Assembly (NCBI RefSeq): GCF_009914755.1
Contig: NC_060937.1
Length of the DNA: 64,000 nucleotides
From: the human T2T-CHM13v2.0 reference genome, Homo sapiens
Strand: one strand, 5' to 3'
Every line of letters begins with the position of its first letter. Position 1 is the first letter of the stretch. The notes below the pieces were generated by a model. The model saw only the letters and a list, made by a program, of their open reading frames with translations, was not told the DNA's origin and ran no database searches. Of this stretch, positions 14,448 to 29,172 are shown piece by piece. The translations under genes and the position numbers were made by a program.

Positions 14448-14745
14448 GGGCATGGTGGCTCACTCCTGTAATCCCAGCACTTTGGGAGACCGAGGCGAGA
14501 GGATCACTTGAGGTCAGGAGATTGAGATCAGCCTGGCCAATATGGTGAAACCCCATCTCTACTAGAAATACAAAAATTAGCTGGGCGTGGTGGCAGGTGC
14601 CTGTAATCCCAGCTACTTGGGAGGCTGAAGCAGAGAATCGTTTGAACCCAGGAGGCAGAGGTTGCCGTGAGCTGAGATCGTACCACTGTGCTCCAGTCTG
14701 GGTGACAGAGTGAGACCCTGTCTCAAAAAAGAAGAAGAAAAAAAA
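14448..14745 (+). mobile_element. Alu (AluS/J-like)
   Basis: Dimeric Alu with A-rich tail. Confidence 0.93.
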
Positions 14746-16925
14746 GAAACTTTCTCAACCTGATAAAAGGGGTCTATGAGAAACCTATGGTGAACATCAT
14801 ACTTATGAAAGAATGAGTGCTTTACTGCAAAACTCAGGGAGATGACAGACATGTATACTTTTATCACTCCTACTCAGCATTGTACTGAAGATCTAGACAG
14901 TGTGATAAAGCAAGAGAATGAAATAAAAGACATCCAGATGAGAAACTAAGAAGAAAAACTGTCTTGTTTTTTTTGCAGATGGCATGATCATGTATGTAGA
15001 AAATTTGATAGAATCTACAGAGTTGCTACTGGAATTAAAAAGTGAGTTTAGCAAGGCTTCTGGATGCAAGAACAATCGATTGTACAAAAAACAACTGCAT
15101 TTCTACATATTATCAATAAACAATTGGATGTTGAAATAAAAGTACCATTTAATAGGATAAGAATGAAATAGAGATGAGAAATGACAGGAGATGTTCAAGA
15201 CCAATATACTGCAAACTACAAAACATGGCTCAGATAAATTTAAAAAAGTCTAATAAGTGGAGCGATATATCATGTTTATATGTTGGTATCATGTCAATTT
15301 CCTGAAAATTGATCTATATCTTTAAGGCAATTCCAATCAAAATTTCACAGGCATTTATACTTTTTTAGTTTCAGAAATTAACAAGCTGATTCTAAAATTC
15401 ATATAGAAGTGTGGAGGTTCTAGAATAGATGAAACAGCTCTGAAAAGGAACAAAGTTGGAGGACTGACACTACATAAATTCAACATTGTATATAAAGCTG
15501 CAGTAATTAAGACAGTACGATATTTGTAAATTATGAATCTGATAAGAACTTATATCCAGAATGTAGAAAGAACTCTCGAAACTCAAGAAAATAAACAACT
15601 AAGGTGAAAAAAAATGGCCAAATATTTGAACAGTTCACCAAAAAATATATGAATGGCAAACAAGCACATGGAAAGATGCTTAACATCATTGCTCATTAGG
15701 GAAATGCAAAATAAAACCACAGTCATACAACACATATTAAAAGGCCTAAAATTTAAAAAAAATGGAATTTACTATGTGTCAGTAAGGATTTGGAGGAACT
15801 GGAACTCTCATACACATCTGGTAGGAATGTAAAATTCTACAATCTTTTTGGAAAACATTTTGCCAGTTTCTTAAAAAGTTGAACATATGCCTACCATACG
15901 ATCCAGCCATTCAGCTCCTATGTTTGTACCCAATAGAACTAAAAGCATATGTTCGTACAAAAACTTGCAGCTTTATTTGTAATAGCCAAAAACTGGGCAA
16001 AACACTACAGGTGAATGAATAAATAAACTACAGTATATCTATACTGTGCAATACTGCTCAGCAGTAATAGAGAATTAATTACTGCATCACACCACAGCAT
16101 TGATGATTCTCAAAATAGTTGTACTGAAGGAGAAATGCTAGAGAAAAAAATGGTACATATTGTACATTTCTATGCGCATAAAATTCTAGAAAGTTAAAGC
16201 TAGTATAGAGTTCTAGAAAGATCATTGATTGCCTGGGGATGACAAGGAGAGGCAGGGGTGGGAGAAGGGATCACCAAGAGGCATGGGAAAACTTTTGGGG
16301 GTGATGGATATGTTAACAATCTTGATTTACAAGGTGTATGAATATGTCAAACTTGTCAAAGTATATACTTGTGTGCAGATTATTGTATGCCAATTGTACC
16401 ATGATAACACATTTTAAACATATAATATGAAATGCTCACAAACCATAATGACCTTCCAGAGCTGTCATGCAGTTAAAATGAGGGATGCTGTTGTGATCCT
16501 GGCATGTCAGGGAGTCCAAATCTAAGTCAGCCCCCTTTCCTTGCAACTATAGACTGATGTTTTCCCATCAAGGACATTCTCCTCAAATTGCTAAATAGCA
16601 AAGATAGAAAAAATTCAGAGGAAGAGAAATAATATCGGGATATTTGCTCCTGACTGCCATTTTCTAAAATTCAGCTCTAAGAGGTGGAGTGATCTGCCAG
16701 AGACAGGTGGATGAATCTGGGGACAAGGGAGAGCATTACAGAGGGTGAAGGTTCAAATAGACCTCCACCTGGGTTCTACCAAACCTGCGTACGGGAAACT
16801 CTAGCCTTCCGTTACAAAGTGACTTGACTTACAATATACAGTAAAGGAGATGTGGAAGCAAATCAAAAAAGAACATCAAGTCATATATGTAATGTCATAC
16901 GGAATATCTTTTTGATGCGCCTTGG

Positions 16926-17135
16926 AATGATTAGCTCTATATTTTTAGTTCAGAACAGCAGTTAAGTTGCAAAATTCCTGTTTAGCTGTTTTTATCACAG
17001 AAACACGTGACTGTCAGGAGGCTAAATTAGGAACCACGCCCGATGGTTCTGAGCACATTCAAGAAACTATATTAAGGGCCATGTGACAAATGTATGAACA
17101 CATTACAAATTCACTTGATCAGTTACTGCTCTCTA
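16926..17135 (+). repeat. Diverged direct repeat, copy 2 (partner at 10136-10353)
   Basis: aatgattagctctatatttttagttcag...agttactgctctcta. Confidence 0.9.
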
Positions 17136-17789
17136 TCAGAGGCTGAGCATTTGAAGCAAATGCCAGAGTTCAGACATATGCTGTGAAGTTCACGAGAGAT
17201 GAGGGAAAAATTAATACGACGATGACTGAATTACCCATCTTTAGGGCTGTAGGACTTTATATTTAAAATATGACACAAAGAAAGGTCAAGACTGTAGGAT
17301 GACGGATGAATGGTCTGAAAACAAGTTATGTGTAAAAGAGAGGAGATCCAATCAAAGCCTTATTTTTGCTTTCTACAACTGGACATGAAACCTTTTTATT
17401 AGCAGGGCAGTAAATAAGTCAGCTGTGGTTTGTCTCATTGGAAATGGGGACTTTTTAAAAATTTTTTTAATTTTTTATTTTTTTGCTTTTCATTATGTAG
17501 CATTGTGCCCAACACTAAAGGGGAATCTTCTGGACTTAAAAATTACACATTCTGACTGTGATGCTGAACTATTAATAGTTAAAAAGGAGACTCGAGCCCA
17601 TTAAAATATTAATCATTTGTGCTGGTACGAATTCACACTTGGGTAATAATAGTTTATAAATAATATTTATTTGAATTTTCGTGGGATGCTGACTGAGGGA
17701 GATCAGTGAGACATCAATATTTTAAGGATAGTGGAGGTAACATTATAGTGTCATTCTTCAACATCTGTTAAACACCCTCCACCAGGCGG

Positions 17790-18020
17790 CTGAGCAGTGT
17801 TTAAAAGCATGGACACTGTAATCAGGTCACTTAGATTTGAATCTCATCTTCACCATTTCTTCTAACTTTGTGACCTGGAACAAAATTACTTACCTCTTTG
17901 TGCCTTAGCTTAGTCCTCTATCCCTGCCTCTGCAGGGACTGTCAGGATTAAGTAAAGGTCTGTGAAGCATTTTGAATAGCGTCTGGAACGTAGTAAGCAC
18001 TCATCAGATATTGGCTGTCC
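17790..18020 (+). mobile_element. MIR
   Basis: gatttgaatc...tgtgacctgga...cctctttgtgcct...ggatta...tagtaagcactca. Confidence 0.7.
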
Positions 18021-18889
18021 TTACATATCTCACACTGGAATCCTTAAAGTAACATAAGAAGGAGCTGTGATTATCCCTGTTTTATGAATAACAAACTAGG
18101 TAGTTCATATCATGTCTGTGATTGGACCTAGGCTTTCTGACTTGGTCTTAGCTTTCTTCTCTATACTATATTATAGCACCTGAGGGGTGCTGCCCACTAA
18201 GATTTCTACTTTCCAGAAAGTTCCACCTAGCATTTTTCTTGCACTGTAATGGCCTTCGGGGTGCCCCTCCTGCCTCTGCTCTGGCAGTTCAAATGTGGCG
18301 TCCATGAGGTTCTTTGCAAGCCGTGGTGCCTCTTGGAATGCAAAGCAGTGGGCAGGCACAATCTCACTTACCTTCACCACATTCCAGAGAGGTGATGCAA
18401 TGGCCCTGGGCGAGCCTCCTTTATTTCCAAATTGAAAACAAATGGAAATTCAAGAAATGATGTGACTTGATTTGGTTTGGTTGCCACTGGGAGTGAGATG
18501 CAGTCCACCTTTGAAGCCTGATTGTCCAGTTCTCACATATGTCTCCCAATAACATGCTGTCTCCCTTCTGTTGCATCTTCTAAATCCCTCTATTCCCTCC
18601 TCCATGCTGAGGAGATTGGGCTACATAGGTAGTCAGGGGATCCAGAGGCAGCACTGGCTTGGGCCAAACTTATCACTGGGCACGAGGGCAGAAGACCTCA
18701 GACTGTACAATAAGGTGGGGTCTTTTCTTTCCAACTGGTGGGTAGCCAGGCCCATGAAACACATCTGACCTTGAGACTCAGCTTTGACCTTGCAGCCTCG
18801 TGGCTGGTGGCATGATGGAGGTACAAGAGAGAAAAGACCTTAGTTCCCTAAATGTCCTCATGGAAGAGAGAAATTCACAAGGACATATT

Positions 18890-19555
<666 letters not shown>

Positions 19556-20619
19556 CACAAGGACATATTATTTGAGACTATAATATTGCTTCTCTTTGTT
19601 TTATCTTAGCCTTAACCTTGGCTTTATGCTGGGTCTTTCACAATGGAGTTTTACCCACTTTAAGTGAGTAACAAACCCCAAAGACAAAAACAAAAAATGG
19701 CTCATAAACGGTGCTGCTCATCTACATTCACTGAGTGAGAATAATTTGTTTCATAGAAAATGACTTTGCAGGCTTGGGTAAATCATTGTTTGTTTTTCTC
19801 TCTAGAACTGCACATTTGAATAAAACCACCTCGTTAGTGACCCTTTGCTGGGTATACTGTTAACGCATTGCCTCCTGTTTGGAATTTGGGTGTTTGTTCT
19901 AAGGATCATGCCTGCATTTTATAAATGACTTTTAAAAACACTTCAGAGACATCTAGAGAAGAGTACACAAATCTGTATACATGGAACCGAGCACTAGGAG
20001 AAGTGCAGGTGGGAGGAGACAGGAATGTTGAGTCATTCACTCTACCTACACTTAATAAAAAGCCGGCACAGGAGGTCGCGTAACTCCTTATTCCACCAAT
20101 TTTAAAACATACCCAAATCCACATTCTTCCACCTCCATAACTCAAAACAAATAAGCGAAACTAAAAAAAAAAATACCAACAAGGTGTTTTTATTTAGTTA
20201 TATAATGGAGCTTGAATTAGTACCATGTTGCTCACCTGACAACTTGTCTCTGGAATTAATGAAAGAGGCCCTTCGGGGTGACAATCCTTGGGAGGCAGTG
20301 GAGGCTGTCTAGTCCAAGGAGAGGTGTTTGGGTGCCGACCTGGGCTGACGGGAGTCAGCAGCTTTGTATGCGACCAAGCCAGCACAGGGCAGGCAGGAGG
20401 AACAGAAAGTTGGGGCAATTCAAGAGCTTCTTCTCTGACTTCCAGCACCTGCCTCAGCATAGATGGCTGATCATCTTTAGGAAGTTGCTGGAGAGCCTGG
20501 CTGGAGTTTCTCTGCCTTCTGTTCTTGGTAGGTGGAAAAGAATTCTCTGAATTGCCTCTTCTCTCTTCTCTCTTTTCTTGCTCAGTATCAATTTATGAAA
20601 TTTTAATTTACCACCACGC

Positions 20620-21010
20620 ATTGCCAAACATCCCCCCTGAGCTAGCTTATGACTTGTATATCCAGCTCCTTGTTGGATAGCTCTATCTGGATGTCTCCTT
20701 GGTGCCTCCAACTCAGTGTATCCCAAACGGAACATATGATGTTACTCCCTAACCTACTTCTGGGGGAAGCATCTCAACAATGTACCACCATCTACCCTGG
20801 CAGTCAGGGAGAAACTTGAGAGTCCTTGTCCCCAACCCTCCAACCTTACATGTCACAATAATCAAATCCTGTAGGTTTATCATCAAATTATTTTTCAAAA
20901 TCATTTCCTTTCCTCTATCTCTCTTGCCATGTCACAGTTAGGCTCCCCCAAGTCATCTGAGCTGGACTCCCCGCCTAGGCTCATGGCCCCCATCCATCCT
21001 TCACAGAGAT
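20620..21010 (+). mobile_element. L2 remnant
   Basis: ccccctgagct...tatatccagct...tggatgtctc...caactcagtgtatcccaaacggaac, typical L2 body. Confidence 0.6.
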
Positions 21011-21039
21011 GCCAGGAGAGTACAGAGCTGCAACTTCAT

Positions 21040-21250
21040 ACCTCTGGGGCCTGCTGTGTTTTGGAATGGTCCAGATTTCAGAATGGTGATGTAGCATACA
21101 CACCATATATTATGTAACACCCAGCAGGGTCTGAGGTAGCACCTTATGTTCCAACACATTAATGTTTCTGCATGGAAAAATTGACCACATTAAGTGGATA
21201 AAATAAAGTCTATACATAGCTTCAGACCAAGGCACATCAGGTTTTGCCTA
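21040..21250 (+). mobile_element. MER46C-like TcMar-Tigger MITE fragment
   Basis: ggggcctgctgtgttt...tatattatgtaacacccagcagggtctgagg...cacattaat...aagtggataaaataaag...caggttttgcc. Confidence 0.7.
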
Positions 21251-22734
21251 TGTCCTAAGCTTAGATTGGGTCTGATTTTTTCATCCAATATGTTAGGAAT
21301 TGATTCTTCACGTTCTGAACTTTTCGGATTCCAAGTTGTCTACCCTCAGTTAAATTTCACTGTGCCTGTGCCACCCTATTTGCATTAGGAACTTCCCGTT
21401 AGCCTGCGGGACAAATTCTAATAGAGCATCCCATCTGCCATCACCTGGGCTCCCTGGACTCCTTTAGGGTCAACATTTGCTCCTCTTTCTCTCTGTCCCA
21501 GCGTCCCTGAAATGCTTGCATCCCCCCTGCACACCCCAGCGATTCTTGACTTTATGCTTTTGCTCACCTTTGCTCATGCAGCCCCTTTCCCTAGGACCTC
21601 TCCTGCTCCCTTGCTGGGCTCCCACAAGATCACAGCTTTCCCCTCACTCGCCTGGCAGCACAGTGGTACAGCGCGGTTTGTTTTTGTCCCCAGGTTGGTG
21701 GAGGGAAAGGCTCAGTCTCCTTTACCTTTGTCTTCCCAGTGCCTTCAAAGGGCCAAAGGCTGGAGGGGCGCTAGGCAGGGGTACTGAGCAAACTGAAGAA
21801 AGGGCTCTCTCTCCTAGCTTTCTGCCTGGGATATATTTGCCATTTTCTTGTGGGTGTTAATGGGGGAGCTGGAGTTCCATAGATGGACTTTAGGCTTTAA
21901 AGTGAGCTTTTGCAGAAACAAATGTTTGCATCAAGGGATGCCTGGGCTTTGCCTCCAAATTTTGTAACTGTTTGGACAGACTGACAAAGAAAATTGTTCA
22001 CCAGCAATCTCAATGAGCCTGCGCTTGGTAGCTTTGTTTGATGACCTGGTGCAGAGGAATCTGCGGAGTGGGTGAGGCTCTGTAAGGAAGCACGGCAGGG
22101 CATTGGGCAGGTGGGCTCCGCAGGTGCTCAAGCCAGCCTTCACCGCTCGCTCTAGGCAACTCTTGAACTTGTTAAACCTCAGTCTCCTCATTGGTAAATA
22201 ACAACAGCATACTAAGAACCGTGCTGGTAAACTCAGTCAGTCTGAGGGATCACTATAGTTTTGAATGTGCTGTGAATTGGGTTGTCTGGGGAGCCATGCC
22301 ACCTAATCTGAAAAGGAAGATGTTGAGCTAGAATGGTGGTCTCCAGCCCTCTGTTTACCCCAAAACACAAGTCACAGTCACATGGCTAATGGAACAAATA
22401 CTGTTGTTATTCAAAACTCAAAACAAAACAAAAAAATATTCTCAGGCACCTAGGAATGTGCTGGACCCTGCTTCAGGGCTGAGGACATGCAAAGAACCAG
22501 GCAGCCCTTGTCTGCAGCGATGTTAAAGCCCAGGAGGGGACACAGATTGTAAGTAAGCAATGCTCAGGGGCAGTCAAGGAGGACTAATACAAACAGCCCA
22601 TGAATTATTTACTTATTTGTTTTTAACAGATAAGAGTGCCGTCAAGGTTATTCATGTAGTAATGCCACTCTCATCTGGCTGTGTTCTGAGGTGTTTTTTT
22701 TTTGCATTTTCCTTTTATTTCACACTGTAGAAAA

Positions 22735-23302
22735 ATTGTTTTAACAACTTTATTGGGCTATCATTGACAAATAAAACTTGTATCTATTTAAGGCTTACAA
22801 CTTGCTGTTTTGATATATGATACCCTGTGAAATGATCCCCTCAATCAAGGTAATTAACATATCCATCACCTCACATAGTTACCATTTTCTTCTTTTTTGT
22901 AGTGAGAACACTTAAGATCTACGCTCTCAGCAGATTTCAAGAAAACGATCCAATGTTGTTAGCTACAGGCACCGTACAACAGCAGAGCTGCAGAACTGAG
23001 GCACCTCGCAAACTCAAACTTTGCACCCTTTGACCGACATCTCCTCATTTTCCTCTCCCCACAACCTCTGTTAACCACAGATTCTACTCTCTGCTTCTGT
23101 GAGTTTGACTATTTTAGATTCCACACATACGTGGATCATGCGGTGTTTGTCTTTCTGTGTCTGGCTTATTTCACTTAGCATCATGTCGTCTAGCTTCATC
23201 CAAGTTGTCACGAAGGACAGGATTCCCTTCTTTTTTTAAAGGCTGAATAGTACTCCATTGTATGTATATACCACATTTTCTTTATCCATTCATCCATTGA
23301 CT
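22735..23302 (-). mobile_element. L1MA 3' end, antisense
   Basis: aattaacatatccatcacctcacatagttacc...ctggcttatttcacttagcat...ggctgaatagtactccattg. Confidence 0.88.
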
Positions 23303-23615
23303 GATACACATTTCCAGAGGTGGAAAGAAAGAAACAGAAATGTATTAATGTCCTGAAAACTGTGCATTAATATAGGTATGTACATGTAATGCTTTTGGAA
23401 GAAAAGTTGAGAATCATTGAAATATGACTTTTAATGGCCCCTCTCACTCCCAAATTTTATATCTTACAATCCATGGCAACGATCTTGTGAGATCTTTGGT
23501 GCTTTAAAATGATCAATACTACATATCATTTTTGGTAATCAATTATTTCATTCTATTTCTTTGAAAACTGTTCATTCAGTTTCCCTTTCAGCCAATATTT
23601 ATGGAATAATGGCTA

Positions 23616-24097
<482 letters not shown>

Positions 24098-24879
24098 GGG
24101 GATTTTTTTTTTCTTCTGCTGAGTTGGAACATTACTCCTTGGTGTCTTTAATTTCTCTGCCTTTCTTGCTGTCTTAAAACCAAACCAAACCAAACAAAAC
24201 ATCAAAACCCAAAACCCAGCGACACAACTTTCCCAGCGTTCTTCATACATTGTCCTTTCCCATCGTCTCCTCCTCCCCGGGGGCTGTGCCTCCTTGCACC
24301 GGGTAGATAGTTCTGCCCCGGTGTTTACATGGCCCCATTATTTATAGGCTGCGAGCTTTCCCCCCGCTGCTCCCAAGCATCACCACCCAGACGTGCTGTA
24401 CATAGTTAGTTATTTTAATCTTTCCTAGTAAATCAAGTCTCCCAACCTCCCCATCATTTTTATTACTCTTCTCTGAACTCCCTTCAGCTTTTCTACATCT
24501 TTATGGTATTGAAGTGCCCGGAATTTAATGTAATTTTCCAGGTGGGGTTGGAGAAAGGCTATTAGAAAGGCCTCTCACCCCTGTTCTCCGCTGATGAAAC
24601 CGTTGGGAACAAAGCCCACAACTGCATTAGCCCTTCTGCTGCTGTATCGGCTTGACTAACTCATATCTCATTTTCTTTTCTCCATCACCCTGGCAGCTCT
24701 TCCACACAGCCAGAGCGGCTGCTTGATGCGTAGTGCTGGCTTTGGTGCTTCTACAGTGGTTTTGCTAGCTTTTAGCTGTTAGGGATCAGCAGCGAGAATC
24801 TGAGGAAGAAAAAATCGAGAACAGAGACCCAGGGAGCAGGTCTAGCTGTATAATTAATTACGGTAATAGTCGCCGCTTG

Positions 24880-25080
24880 TGTCCAGTGCTGCCTACTTGC
24901 TAGGCTATGTGCTGAGGCTTATTTATGGATTCCCCTATTTAACACTCCTAAGAATTCCATCTAGCCGACTGAGGAAACTGAGGCTCAGGGACATTTAGGT
25001 AAGTGTCCAGATGTCACTCAGCTGAAGGTGGCTCGGCTGGGTTGGAATCTAAGCCGGCTTGACTCCACAGCCTCTGCTTT
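24880..25080 (-). mobile_element. MIR
   Basis: gaggaaactgaggctcag core. Confidence 0.7.
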
Positions 25081-26202
25081 TCTCCAGAGGGGACGTGAGA
25101 GGCAGGCGGCCATGACGGACGCGGCAGTGAGGTTCAACTTCGGCGTTTGCTCACCGAGGAGCCCCAGCAAGCACTGTCTGGGCCTCATTCCTTCATCCTG
25201 AGAAAACGTAGATCCTCAGAGGACCACTGAGCTCCTTAAATAAGCGAGTGGAGGTTCAATTTTTCCTAGATGCTCCGTAAATATTAGCACTCTCCTGCCT
25301 CCCTCAACGCCAATTGTCCAGAAAGTAGCTTCAAGAGTCACCCAAATTCTCAGTATTGTAAAATTGGGCGAGTCATTACATTAATTTTATTCTAATTTCT
25401 CTCACTTGCTCAGTGAAACAGACCCCGACAGAGCAGCTCTTTCCATCATTTGAATTCTGAGGGACAGAATTCGCTGATGATGTATCTGAGGAGGTTTCTC
25501 AATGGAGCTTCACTCGACGTGCGTCCTGATGGCGGCTTCCCAGCCCGCAGCCTCAGCGCTTCTTGACACCTCACTGTCGTGTTTCCTCTTCTTTTTACAT
25601 CAAAGTTGAAATTGAGTATTCAATTTTATTACCGCTAACACTTAAACCCTGATCAGTTGTCGATGGAAAATGCAGTTTGACGGGGAGATCAGGATACAAT
25701 AGATACAGTTAGTATGCATAAAGGTGGCCCCTTCAGAGAAAAACTATGAAGTTTATACTTTGAAACCATCATGGTCTTGAAAAAACATTGCTGGGCTTCT
25801 CTTCTTCCTGGCCATTAATTACCCAGAGGCTTACTTGTGCAATAGCATGGGGTAGTGGGAAAGGTGCTGTTACCAGAGTCATCAGATCTCAAACACAGCC
25901 ACTGTTATTTCTTAGTATTGTAAAATTTGGCCCGTAATTACATTTATTTTATTCTAACTTCTCTCATCTTTAAATTTGAATTTCTGCCAATCAGTTTTTG
26001 TGAGGTATAGATGAGATAATATATCCTGCACAGAGCTTGATATTCAAGCAGTTGGTTCACAAATTTGGTTTTCATTTCCAGTTATCTCTACTTCTTGTCT
26101 CCTTTATAACTCATGTAGCGTATAGTTTGCCAGACAACCCACATATCAAGAAATATTCCCAAATTATCTACTATATATTCAGAAGTATATGATGCATATA
26201 CT

Positions 26203-29172
26203 AACAACATCACCACCACAACCACTACCACCACCACCACCACCACCACCACCAACCATCACCATCACCATCATCACCACCACCATCACCAACACCACCA
26301 CCATCACCATCACCATCATCACTGCCACCATCACCAACACCACCACCATCACCACTATCACCATCACCACCACCATCACCATCACCACCACCATCACCAC
26401 CACCATCACCACCAGCATCACCAACACCATCACCACCACCACCACCAGCACCACCACCACTGCCATCACCACCACCATCATCACCATCACCATCAACACC
26501 ATCACCACCACCATCACCACCACTAGCACCACCACCACCACCATCACCATAACCATCACCACCACCACCACCATCACCATAACCACCACCATCACCACCA
26601 CCACCACCACCATCACCATCACCATCACCACCATCACCACCATCACCATAACCACAATCACCATCACCATAACCACCACCACCATCACCATCACCATCAC
26701 CACCACCACCATCACTATCACCACCATCACCGTAACCACCACCACCACCACCACCATCACCACCATCACCAGAACCACCATCACCACCATCACCGTAACC
26801 ACCACCACCATCACCATAACCACCACCATCACCACCACCAGCACCAGCACCACCAACACCACGACCACCATCATCACCACCATCACCACCATCACCATCA
26901 TCACCACCACCACCACCATCACCACCACCACCACCACCATCACCATCACCACCATCACCATCACCTCACCACTACCACCACCATCACCACCACCATCACC
27001 ACCACCACCACCACCACCATCACCACCATCACCACCACCACCATCATCACCACCACCACCACCACCATCACCACCACCACCACCAACACCACCACCACCA
27101 TCACCACCACCACAACCACCACCACCATCACCACCACCATCACCACCACCACCACCACCATCACCACCACCGTCACCACCACCACCATCACCACCACCAC
27201 CACCACCACCATCACCACCACCACCACCATCACCACCACCATCACCACCACCATCACCACCACCACCACCACCACCATCACCATCACCATAACCACCACC
27301 ACCATCACTATCACCATCACCACCACCACCACCATCACCATCACCAGAACCACCATCACCACCATCACCATAACCACCACCACCATCACCACCACCACCA
27401 CCATCACCACCACCACCACCATCACCACCACCAGCACCATCATCACCACCACCACCACCACCATCACCACCACCACCACCATCACCACCATCACCATCAC
27501 CACCACCACCACCATCACCACCACCACCATCACCACCACCATCACCACCACCACCACCACCATCACCACCACCACCACCATCACCACCACCACCACCATC
27601 ACCACCACCACCATCACCACCACCACCATCACCACCACCATCACCATAACCACCACCACCATCACTATCACCACCACCACCACCACCACCACCATCACCA
27701 CCATCACCAGAACCACCATCATCACCATCACCATAACCACCACCACCATCACCATCACCACCACCATCACCACCACCACCACCATCACCACCACCAGCAC
27801 CAGCACCATCATCACCACCACCATCACCACCATCACCATCATCACCACCACCATCACCACCACCATCACCACCACCATCACCATAACCACCACCACCACC
27901 ATCACCACCATCACCATCACCACCATCACCATCACCACCATCACCACCATCAGCACCACCACCACCACCATCACCACCACCATCACCACCACCACCACCA
28001 CCACCATCACCACCACCACAACCACCACCACCACCACCATCACCATCACCACCACCACCACCATCACCACCACCATCACCACCACCACCATCACCACCAC
28101 CATCACCACCACCACCACCACCATCACCACCACCACCATCACCACCACCACCACCACTACCACCACCATCACCACCACCACCACCACCATCACCACCACC
28201 ACCATCACCATCACCATAACCACCACCACCATCACCACCACCATCACCACCATCACCATAACCACCACCACCACCATCACCACCACCATCACCACCACCA
28301 CCACCACCACCACCATCACCACCACCACCACCACCATCACCACCACCACCATCACCACCACCACAACCACCACCACCACCACCATCACCATCACCACCAC
28401 CACCACCATCACCACCACCTTCACCACCACCACCATCACCACCACCACCACCACCATCACCACCACCATCACCACCACCACCACCACCACCATCACCACC
28501 ACCACAACCACCACCACCACCACCATCACCATCACCACCACCACCACCATCACCACCACCTTCACCACCACCACCATCACCACCACCACCACCACCATCA
28601 CCACCACCATCACCACCACCACCACCACCACCATCACCACCACCACAACCACCACCACCACCACCATCACCATCACCACCACCACCACCATCACCACCAC
28701 CTTCACCACCACCACCATCACCACCACCACCACCACCATCACCACCACCATCACCACCACCACCATCACCACCACCACCACCACCACTACCACCACCATC
28801 ACCACCACCACCACCACCATCACCACCACCACCATCACCATCACCATAACCACCACCACCATCACCACCACCATCACCACCATCACCATAACCACCACCA
28901 CCACCATCACCACCACCATCACCATCACCACCATCACCATCACCACCATCAGCACCATCAGCACCATCACCATCACCACCATCACCACCACCACCACCAC
29001 CATCACCACCACCACCACCACCATCACCACCATCACCACCACCATCACCATCACCATCACCATCACCACCACCATCACCACCACCATCACTAGCACCATC
29101 ACTACCACCGCCACCATCATCACAACCACTACCACTACCAATACTACCACTACCATCACTATCACCAGCAGC
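26203..29172. repeat. ~3-kb degenerate (CAC/CAT)n = (GGT/GAT)n trinucleotide array with higher-order structure
   Basis: Continuous ACC/ATC triplets with rare ATA, ACA, AGC, ACT, AGA, TTC variants; only two phase breaks seen (~26254 and ~26965). Confidence 0.98.

Noticed and set aside
25080-25580. Locally elevated CpG content as a CpG island or promoter
   Set aside because: CpGs are scattered and GC content is moderate; it does not look like an island by inspection.
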